Positions 29,187 through 36,808 of a DNA stretch of 43,059 nucleotides are shown one piece after another. The notes beneath the pieces were generated by a model. That model searched no databases, had not been told where the DNA came from, and saw only the letters and a list, made by a program, of their open reading frames with translations. The position numbers and the translations under genes were made by a program. The stretch is taken from sequence record DRR723986_4038; one strand, 5' to 3'. Position 1 is the stretch's first letter; the number at the start of each line of letters is the position of its first letter.

Positions 29187-29864
29187 ATGAATAGAGAATC
29201 TTGGATGCTTGAAAAATTCTACGAGCATATTTCTGAAAACAAAAAAGAACTGTTCGAAAAAATCGTGCTTGACCGTACACGCCATATAACAATTGCTTTA
29301 GAAAACCTTTTTCAACCTCACAACGCTGCTGCAGTGGTACGATCATGTGATTGTTTTGGAATTCAAGATGTTCATATTATTGAAAACGACAACCTGTACC
29401 AACCCAATAAAGAAATTGATATGGGATCTTCAAAATGGATCGACATGCATAAATTCAACGCAGAAGAGAACAACACCGTGAATTGCATCAATTCTTTGAA
29501 GGCAAAAGGTTACCAAATTATAGCAACAACTCCTCATACAAACGACTGCAGTATTGAAGAACTAGACCTGACTAAACCAACAGCCTTATTGTTCGGAACA
29601 GAATCGACTGGATTAACTCAAACCGCATTAGACCATTCTGATGGATATGTTCGGCTCCCAATGTATGGATTTACAGAAAGTTATAACATCTCTGTTTCAG
29701 TGGCAATTGCACTCTTTAGCGTTACTCAGAACATAAGAGCTAACAATATAAATTGGCAGCTTAGCGAAGAAGAACAAGTCAAATTAAAGCTAGAGTGGGC
29801 CAAAAAAGTGGTTAAAAAAAGTGATTTGGTTGAAAAAATTCTCAACGAAAGATACACCAATTAG
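29187..29864 (+). CDS. trmH: TrmH/SpoU family tRNA/rRNA 2'-O-methyltransferase
   Basis: HNAAAVVRSCDCFG, LFGTESTG and LPMYGFTESYNISVS SPOUT motifs. Confidence 0.85.
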   Translation: MNRESWMLEKFYEHISENKKELFEKIVLDRTRHITIALENLFQPHNAAAVVRSCDCFGIQDVHIIENDNLYQPNKEIDMGSSKWIDMHKFNAEENNTVNCINSLKAKGYQIIATTPHTNDCSIEELDLTKPTALLFGTESTGLTQTALDHSDGYVRLPMYGFTESYNISVSVAIALFSVTQNIRANNINWQLSEEEQVKLKLEWAKKVVKKSDLVEKILNERYTN

Positions 29865-29886
29865 ATTTTAGTCGGTCGAATTTAAT

Positions 29887-31260
29887 TTAGCGATTTTTTA
29901 ATTCTTCAATCGTCTTGATAAAGTCTTTATTTACCTGTTCCGCTTGTTGATAAACCCCTTGCTTCACACGAATTTGACCTTTTGATATGGTCGCCAAATT
30001 CATGGCACTGTCGGCGCTAAAAACTATTGTTGACGATAAATTTTGTAATGATGTAGTGGCCAATAATGGATGTTCAGCATTGTAGACAATGGCGTCAAAA
30101 AAGTCCCCAACTTTAAAGTATTCCTGATCAAAATTGTTCATAGCTTTTCTTCCTGACTTCAAGGCCATATCAATAGCATATGCACCACCATCACCTTGAT
30201 TTTTAGAATAAAAGGTATTTCGTTTATGACTAATCAAACGTTGTCCATAATCAAGAATTCTAAGTTCCTCTAAGGGATTCAAACCTACATGCGAATCTGT
30301 TCCAATTGACCAACTTCCTCCCTCTTCTTGGAATTGTTTCAATGGAAAAATTCCATCCCCTAAATTCCCTTCAGTAGATGGACACAACACCACATTGGCT
30401 TTTGAATGGGCCAACCGTTTAGTTTCGTCCGTTGTCAAATGAGTTGTATGAACCAAATGAAAACGGTCATTCATTTCAATATTGTCCAACATCCATTCTA
30501 CCGGTCTTTTTCCTAAATATGCCAATGAATCTTCAATTTCTTTCAATTGTTCCGATACATGAATGTGAAAAGGAACAGTTTGGTCGCCATTTTTAGCCAA
30601 TTCTGCTATCAATTCAGGCTCCACACCACGCATGGAATGAATTCCTAAGGCGACATTGGCATGCTCATAATATTGGCAGGCATTTCTGCTTGCCTCAAAC
30701 AATCTTATATAGGCATCCATTCCATCCGAAATAAATCGTTTTTGTCCTTCTTTTGGTTCTTGACCAAATCCACCTTTTTGATAAAAAATTGGAATCAATG
30801 TAATGCCTATACCTACAGATTTAGCAGCATCAATTAAGCGTTCTCCCATCTCACTTAATGAACCGTAAGCATTTCCGTTTTTATCATGATGCACATAATG
30901 AAATTCAGCAACATGTGTATATCCGTGCCTTAGCATTTCTGCATAAAGCATTTGAGCAATTTTTTCTAAATTATCTGGAGAAATACTTAATGCCAACGCA
31001 TACATAGCATCCCTCCAAGACCAAAAATCATCCGGATTTTTACCTGTTGAATGCACCTCTGCTAAACCAGCCATAGCGTACTGAAAAGCGTGTGAATGCG
31101 CATTTTGAAATCCTGGAATTGCGAAGCCATTGAACTGTTCAGTATTCGCTAAAACTTGACCATCAATACTGGTGATTTTGCCTGAATTATCTACGTGAAC
31201 AGTTTTGTTCGCTTGCCAACCCTCATTGGTCAACAATCCTTTAAAATGGAATGATTTCAT
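29887..31260 (-). CDS. hutF: Formimidoylglutamate deiminase
   Basis: PGFQNAHSHAFQYAMAG, DFWSWR, VAEFHYVHH, HIHVSEQ, CPSTEGNLGDG and IGTDSH. ATG at 31260. Confidence 0.92.
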   Translation of the reverse strand: MKSFHFKGLLTNEGWQANKTVHVDNSGKITSIDGQVLANTEQFNGFAIPGFQNAHSHAFQYAMAGLAEVHSTGKNPDDFWSWRDAMYALALSISPDNLEKIAQMLYAEMLRHGYTHVAEFHYVHHDKNGNAYGSLSEMGERLIDAAKSVGIGITLIPIFYQKGGFGQEPKEGQKRFISDGMDAYIRLFEASRNACQYYEHANVALGIHSMRGVEPELIAELAKNGDQTVPFHIHVSEQLKEIEDSLAYLGKRPVEWMLDNIEMNDRFHLVHTTHLTTDETKRLAHSKANVVLCPSTEGNLGDGIFPLKQFQEEGGSWSIGTDSHVGLNPLEELRILDYGQRLISHKRNTFYSKNQGDGGAYAIDMALKSGRKAMNNFDQEYFKVGDFFDAIVYNAEHPLLATTSLQNLSSTIVFSADSAMNLATISKGQIRVKQGVYQQAEQVNKDFIKTIEELKNR

Positions 31261-31350
31261 AATTCTCAAATATGGGATAAATTTAAAAAATAAGGTGGCA
31301 AGCCAAGCTTTTATCCATGATTAAACTCTTGGAAATTTTATCTTTGTTGT

Positions 31351-32445
31351 ATGAAAATAAGTGAAATAACTGATTATTTAGAAAGCATTGCTCCTCTCTC
31401 AAGTCAAGAGAGTTACGATAATTGTGGATTTATTACCGGGAATAAGAACTGGGATTTAAAAAAAACACTCATTTCACTTGATTGCACCGAGGCAGTTGTT
31501 GAAGAAGCAATTCGTGAAGGATGTAATCTCATAATTGCTCATCACCCAATTGTATTTAGCGGATTAAAGAAAATCACAGGTAAAAACTATGTGGAGCGCA
31601 CCTTAATTAAAGCAATTAAAAACGATATCGCGATCTACGCTATCCACACTAACTTGGACAATTACCAAAATGGTGTCAATAAGAGAATTGCGGATCTACT
31701 TAACATTAACAACCCAAAAGTGTTGAGTCCAAAGAAAAATACACTTCAAAAATTAATCACTTTCGTTCCACTTGATAAAGCCGATCAAGTTAGAAACGCT
31801 TTGTTCGCTGCAGGAGCAGGAAATATTGGTAATTATTCTGAGGTTAGTTTTAACGCTAAAGGCACAGGCACTTACATAGGAAATGAAAATTCAAATCCTG
31901 CTTACGGGACAAAAGGAGAGTTAAATCAAGAACCTGAGGTAAAAATTGAAGTGCTTGTTTCCAGTCACACTTCTAGCTCAGTGGTAAAAGCACTGATAAA
32001 TGCTCACCCTTACGAAGAGGTGGCTTATGACATTTTTAAACTTGAAAATAAGAATGATTCTGAAGGATCAGGGATGTTTGGGGAACTTTCCAAGCCCATG
32101 CAAATAGAAGATTTTCTGGCTGAGATTAAGACCACTTTCAAATGCGGTGTAATTCGGCATACTGATTTGGTTAATCAGCAAATAAAAAGAGTGGCCTGGT
32201 GTGGAGGATCAGGAAGTTTTCTACTTCCAGCGGCAAAGTCAGTAAAAGCTGATATTTTTATCACTGGAGACTTTAAATATCATGAATTTTTTGATGCTGA
32301 AAATGAGATCATTATCGCAGATATTGGACATTATGAAAGTGAACAATTCACAATTGAGCTAATTGCTGATCTTATCACAAAAAAAATTCCTACATTTGCA
32401 CCTTGCTTAAGCAGAATTAATACCAATCCGGTAAAATACTTTTGA
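31351..32445 (+). CDS. Nif3-like dinuclear metal centre hexameric protein (YbgI/YqfO type, with PII-like insert)
   Basis: YDNCG, IIAHHPIVF, HTNLD, AGAGNIGNY...HPYEEVAYD insert, TGDFKYH and GHYESE. Confidence 0.93.
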   Translation: MKISEITDYLESIAPLSSQESYDNCGFITGNKNWDLKKTLISLDCTEAVVEEAIREGCNLIIAHHPIVFSGLKKITGKNYVERTLIKAIKNDIAIYAIHTNLDNYQNGVNKRIADLLNINNPKVLSPKKNTLQKLITFVPLDKADQVRNALFAAGAGNIGNYSEVSFNAKGTGTYIGNENSNPAYGTKGELNQEPEVKIEVLVSSHTSSSVVKALINAHPYEEVAYDIFKLENKNDSEGSGMFGELSKPMQIEDFLAEIKTTFKCGVIRHTDLVNQQIKRVAWCGGSGSFLLPAAKSVKADIFITGDFKYHEFFDAENEIIIADIGHYESEQFTIELIADLITKKIPTFAPCLSRINTNPVKYF

Positions 32446-32449
32446 GAAA

Positions 32450-33205
32450 ATGGCGAAGAAAAAAGCTACTGAGAACACAATCGAAGATAAGCTAAACAGC
32501 TTACATAACTTACAATCAATCGATTCCAAAATTGACAAGATTAGAACTATTAGAGGAGAACTACCTTTAGAAGTTCAAGATTTAGAAGATGAGATTCTTG
32601 GTCTTAAGACTCGATTAGATAAATTAAATGAAGAGAAGGATGCTCTTGATCAATTAATTTCTGATAGAAAGAACATGATTAAAGAGTCTAAAGCGGCGAT
32701 TAAAAAATACACCGAGCAACAAAAGAACGTTAGAAATAACAGAGAATTTGATTCTATCTCTAAGGAAATTGAATTTCAAGAATTAGAAATGGAATTGTCT
32801 GAGAAAAAAATTAACGAAGCTAAAGCCAATATTGAGCACAAAGCTGAAGTTTTAGAAGCTGCTAAAGAAAAATTAGATGAGCGTCAAAAAGACTTAGACA
32901 TCAAACAAAAAGAATTACAAGAAATTTCTGCTGAGACTGAAAAGGACGAGCAAAAATTGATTAAAGAATCTGAAAAAGCAAAAAAATCAATCGAAGAAAG
33001 ATTGGTAGTTGCTTATGAAAGATTAAGAAACAATTCGAGAAACGGTTTAGCTGTTGTCTCTATTGAAAGAAATTCATGCGGAGGTTGTTTCAATCAAATT
33101 CCACCACAAAGACAAATTGATATTCAAGCAAGAAAAAAGATTATCGTTTGTGAGCATTGTGGAAGAATTTTAGTTGAGCCACCAGCAGACGCAAAAAAGA
33201 AGTAA
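32450..33205 (+). CDS. Coiled-coil protein with C4 zinc ribbon (DUF164/CT398-like)
   Basis: Long heptad-rich region; C-terminal CGGC...CEHCGRIL; adjacent to Nif3. Confidence 0.9.
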   Translation: MAKKKATENTIEDKLNSLHNLQSIDSKIDKIRTIRGELPLEVQDLEDEILGLKTRLDKLNEEKDALDQLISDRKNMIKESKAAIKKYTEQQKNVRNNREFDSISKEIEFQELEMELSEKKINEAKANIEHKAEVLEAAKEKLDERQKDLDIKQKELQEISAETEKDEQKLIKESEKAKKSIEERLVVAYERLRNNSRNGLAVVSIERNSCGGCFNQIPPQRQIDIQARKKIIVCEHCGRILVEPPADAKKK

Positions 33206-33232
33206 TTATTTACTTTATCAAATTATACATTG

Positions 33233-33265
33233 AAGCCATTCAGCCTTGCGCAGAATGGCTTTTTT
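33233..33265 (+). terminator. Intrinsic terminator
   Basis: AAGCCATTC-agccttgcgca-GAATGGCTTTTTT. Confidence 0.8.
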
Positions 33266-33352
33266 GATTTTCAACATTTGGCTTGTGGAGAACTTTGAAC
33301 TAATTCTCTGATTAAAAAATCGAAAACTGTATATTTGAAAAAAAACAAATTC

Positions 33353-34099
33353 ATGGGATTATTAGACGGAAAAGTAGCAATTATAACAGGTGCCTCAAGA
33401 GGAATCGGTAAATCAATTGCTGAGCAATTCATTAAAGAAGGTGCAACTGTAGCATTTACTTATTTATCTTCTGAAGAAAAAGCAAAAGCCTTAGAGGCCG
33501 AATTAACTTCAGCAGGAGGAACAGCAAAAGGGTTTAAATCAAATGCATCAGAATTTGATGCTGCTCAACAACTGGCAGATGCAGTAATTGAAGAATTTGG
33601 TCAAATTGATATTCTCGTGAACAACGCAGGAATTACGAAAGATAATTTACTAATGAGAATGGGTGAGCAAGATTGGGATGATGTTATCAATATCAACCTT
33701 AAATCTGCATTCAACCTTACTAAAGCTGTATTAAGACCAATGCTTAAAGCAAGACAAGGATCTATCATTAACATGAGTTCTGTTGTTGGTGTATCTGGAA
33801 ATCCAGGACAAGCAAACTATGCCGCTTCTAAGGCGGGGATGATTGGATTTACTAAATCAGTGGCCCAAGAATTAGGATCAAGAAATATCAGATGTAATGC
33901 TATCGCTCCAGGATTCATTGAAACTGAGATGACTGCTACTTTGGATGAAAAAGTAGTACAAGGATGGAGAGACGGTATTCCAATGAAACGAGGAGGAACT
34001 CCTGAAGATGTAGCTAAAGTTACTGTATTCTTAGGTTCTGATTTATCTTCTTATGTAACTGGACAAACTATAAATGTTTGCGGTGGAATGTTAACTTAA
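33353..34099 (+). CDS. fabG: 3-oxoacyl-ACP reductase
   Basis: TGASRGIG, NNAGITKD, YAASK and PGFIETEMT. Start at ATG 33353 because the -7 element TATATTTG (33330-33337) overlaps TTG 33335. Confidence 0.95.
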   Translation: MGLLDGKVAIITGASRGIGKSIAEQFIKEGATVAFTYLSSEEKAKALEAELTSAGGTAKGFKSNASEFDAAQQLADAVIEEFGQIDILVNNAGITKDNLLMRMGEQDWDDVININLKSAFNLTKAVLRPMLKARQGSIINMSSVVGVSGNPGQANYAASKAGMIGFTKSVAQELGSRNIRCNAIAPGFIETEMTATLDEKVVQGWRDGIPMKRGGTPEDVAKVTVFLGSDLSSYVTGQTINVCGGMLT

Positions 34100-34123
34100 C
34101 ATCCATTCAAAAAAAATTATAAT

Positions 34124-34157
34124 GGGTCTTGACTTTTCGTCATGACCCTTTTTTTTT
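34124..34157 (+). terminator. Intrinsic terminator after fabG
   Basis: GGGTCtTGAC-ttttc-GTCAtGACCC followed by T9. Confidence 0.85.
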
Positions 34158-34267
34158 GAACTACACTTTTAATTGAATATCAATCTATTAGCATCTCAAA
34201 TTTGTTTATCGATAAAAACTGTCGATTCGTCAATTTATTATGCATGCATATCTTATTTCTATTGACT

Positions 34268-34283
34268 TGGCATAGCTCTTGCT
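34268..34283 (+). promoter_or_regulatory. Candidate sigma54 (-24/-12) promoter
   Basis: TGGCATAGCTCTTGCT has exact GG-N10-GC spacing and matches TGGCA-N6-TTGCW; it ends 24 bp upstream of ATG 34308. Confidence 0.6.
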
Positions 34284-34307
34284 ATACATTTACCAAAAAA
34301 ACTATAA

Positions 34308-34706
34308 ATGAACCAAGTCAATTGTAAAATATCAAGAGTAACTAAAAAGGATAGTGATATCTTATTTATAGATATCGATAAAAACAAATCTTTTGAGGTT
34401 CGGGATTTTATAGAATTAAAAATGGCGGCGCGAAAATTAGGGGCTGGCCAAAAATTTTATAATCTCATCAATGTGGGAGAATTTACACTCCCAAATAAAG
34501 CTGCTAGAGAAGCATCATCAAGCGAAAAAGGCTGTGAATATAAAATAGCAGATGCCTTTGTTGTAAAAACCATGGCGCAACGAATTATGGCCAACATGAT
34601 GATTAAAATCAATATACCGGCTGTTCCAACAAAAGTGTTTTCAACAATCAAAGACGCAGAAAACTGGATCAAACAATTAAAGAATCAAGCAATAATTTCT
34701 GCGTAA
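34308..34706 (+). CDS. Hypothetical protein, STAS/SEC14 (SpoIIAA-like) fold candidate
   Basis: 132 aa. C-terminal AFVV...RIMAN...PTKVFSTIKDAENWI pattern typical of SpoIIAA-like proteins in Bacteroidota. Has its own promoter and terminator. Confidence 0.7.
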   Translation: MNQVNCKISRVTKKDSDILFIDIDKNKSFEVRDFIELKMAARKLGAGQKFYNLINVGEFTLPNKAAREASSSEKGCEYKIADAFVVKTMAQRIMANMMIKINIPAVPTKVFSTIKDAENWIKQLKNQAIISA

Positions 34707-34726
34707 TAACAAAACAAACCTAAATT

Positions 34727-34758
34727 AAGGCTGATCAATTTCTTGGTCAGCCTTTTTT
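34727..34758 (+). terminator. Intrinsic terminator
   Basis: AAGGCTGATCAA-tttc-TTGGTCAGCCTTTTTT (one G-U pair). Confidence 0.85.
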
Positions 34759-34795
34759 GAACCTTTTCGATTTTAAGAAGTATAAATAGTAGATT

Positions 34796-35134
34796 ATGAA
34801 AAATCTGGTATTCATATTAAGCGTATTTCTAATCTTTGTTTCATGTCATTCAGAAGACTTTTCTGAAGATGAAAAAAGTCAGGCAAAATATACGTACAGT
34901 TTAAATGGTTGGGAAAATTTAGGTTCTCAAACTCTCGTATTAATAGACGCTTCCAATCCTTCAAAATTGGAACAGGATATTAAATTTAAAATTGAAGTAA
35001 TCAATAAAGCTGGTGAACGCTTTACTAAAGACACCACTATTCATTTCAAAAAGAAAGACAAAAAAATTGACTTTCAACTACTTGTAGAAACCTCTGGAGA
35101 AATCGAAAAAGTAGAGGTTAAAGCCTTTGATTAA
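34796..35134 (+). CDS. Hypothetical lipoprotein
   Basis: 112 aa. MKN plus hydrophobic stretch, lipobox FVS-C, acidic tether HSEDFSEDE. Confidence 0.75.
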   Translation: MKNLVFILSVFLIFVSCHSEDFSEDEKSQAKYTYSLNGWENLGSQTLVLIDASNPSKLEQDIKFKIEVINKAGERFTKDTTIHFKKKDKKIDFQLLVETSGEIEKVEVKAFD

Positions 35135-36477
35135 TCTTCATCATCAATCGGTGGCTCATGCAATTTATCCATAGATTTTGCAACTACCATTGAGACCGTT
35201 GCATCACCAGTCACATTTATGGTGGTCCTTAACATGTCCAATGGCCTATCAACTGCAAATATTAACGTTAAACCTATTGCTATTTGTTCTGGAGAAAATT
35301 TACCAACCGCCTGTAGCACAATCACCAACATTACCATCCCAGCACCAGGTACGGCAGCCGAACCAATTGAAGCCATTAAAGCCGTTAGTATTATAGTCAA
35401 TTGATCTGCAAATGTTAAATCTACCATTAAGGCTTGGGCAATAAATACTGCTGCAACTGCCTGATACAATGAGGTACCATCCATATTTATAGTAGCCCCA
35501 ACAGGTAATACAAAACTTGACACTTCTTTATCAACACCAATATGCTCCTCTACTCTTTCCATTGTTACCGGTAAAGTGGCTGCGCTACTAGATGTTGTGA
35601 ACGCAAGTAATTGCGCTGGGGCCAGTTTCTTTAAAAACCAAATTGGATTTCTTTTGGTGTAAATTGAAACCACAAGTACATAAAAAACAATCATCAATAA
35701 CAAGCCAATAACAACAGTCATAGAATACCACAACAAGGCCTGCAATACCTCCACACTTTCTGATGTAACAACTACTGTAGCTAATAAAGCAAAAACAGCC
35801 AAAGGCGCGCCAATCATGATTAAATCTACCATTTTCAAAACAACGTCATTTAAACCGTCAAAAAAATCTTTAATCGGCCTTGCTTTTTCTTCTGGTATCA
35901 TCAGCATTGAAATCCCGAAAAATATTACGAAGAAGATCACTTTTAACATAGAACCATTATCGCTTAAAGCGCTAAACAAGTTTGATGGCACCATGTCTTC
36001 TAAAAAGGATAAGGGACCTGCATTTGAAGTCGCCTCAGCCGTTTGCATTTTCTGAGTGATGCTTTCGTTGCCACCGTAGGACTCAGTCATTTTGCTGATA
36101 GTCTCTTCAGAAATGCCATTCCCAGGCTGGATGATATTCACCAGTGTCAAACCAATAGTTATAGCAACGATCGTAGTTCCAATGTAAATCAATATCGAAC
36201 GTCCACCAATTTTTGCAAATTTTGAAATGTCTTTCAGATCCAAGATCCCCTTCAACAGTGAAGCTACAATTAAAGGAATTGCAATCAGCTTAAGAAGATT
36301 CACAAAAATTGTCCCCCAAGGTTTTACCCAATCAATAATAATATCTTTACCACCCTCAAATTGTGTCATCCCCAAACCAAAGACAACACCGATTAACATT
36401 CCTATTAATATTTTAAGATGGAGCGGAAATTTTTTCTTCTTGCTATTCATGTCCTTAAAATTAGCCAGTTTTTTCAT
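35131..36477 (-). CDS. Dicarboxylate/amino acid:cation symporter (DAACS, GltP/GltT-like)
   Basis: AFTTSSSAATLP, PVGATINMDGT and DRPLDMLRTTINVTGD. ATG 36450 is an alternative start. Confidence 0.94.
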   Translation of the reverse strand: MKKLANFKDMNSKKKKFPLHLKILIGMLIGVVFGLGMTQFEGGKDIIIDWVKPWGTIFVNLLKLIAIPLIVASLLKGILDLKDISKFAKIGGRSILIYIGTTIVAITIGLTLVNIIQPGNGISEETISKMTESYGGNESITQKMQTAEATSNAGPLSFLEDMVPSNLFSALSDNGSMLKVIFFVIFFGISMLMIPEEKARPIKDFFDGLNDVVLKMVDLIMIGAPLAVFALLATVVVTSESVEVLQALLWYSMTVVIGLLLMIVFYVLVVSIYTKRNPIWFLKKLAPAQLLAFTTSSSAATLPVTMERVEEHIGVDKEVSSFVLPVGATINMDGTSLYQAVAAVFIAQALMVDLTFADQLTIILTALMASIGSAAVPGAGMVMLVIVLQAVGKFSPEQIAIGLTLIFAVDRPLDMLRTTINVTGDATVSMVVAKSMDKLHEPPIDDED

Positions 36478-36748
36478 TCAATCCACTTTGAAACCATAAG
36501 ATTGTTGATATCTAATTGATTTTGAACGAAAAAAAAATATTTAACTGCATTTACAGGTGGTTTTAGGCTTAAAAACGTAATATTTTAAACGCAAATTAGA
36601 ACTACTTTATCGAGGAAACACTCCTCTTTATCGACCATATGAAAAACCTCAGCTTTATTTAAACGATTTAGATAAATTCATAAGTAATTGTACAGCATCA
36701 ATCAATTTTGTTTTTTTTTAAACAAATTGCCGATTGTTGAAAAATATA

Positions 36749-36781
36749 CTTGTTTCAACACATGAGTATGACGTAACTTTG
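36749..36781 (+). promoter_or_regulatory. Promoter for the large T9SS cargo gene
   Basis: CTTG (36749-36752), 21-bp spacer, TAACTTTG (36774-36781) followed by CC. Confidence 0.65.
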
Positions 36782-36808
36782 CCGTTAAAATAATTAAACG
36801 ATAATTTT

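Noticed and set aside
36612..36626. GAGGA-aacac-TCCTC hairpin, and the 36478-36808 gap as a riboswitch or sRNA
   Set aside because: The stem is only 5 bp, with no recognisable aptamer or terminator. An Infernal/Rfam search would be needed to exclude an RNA formally.
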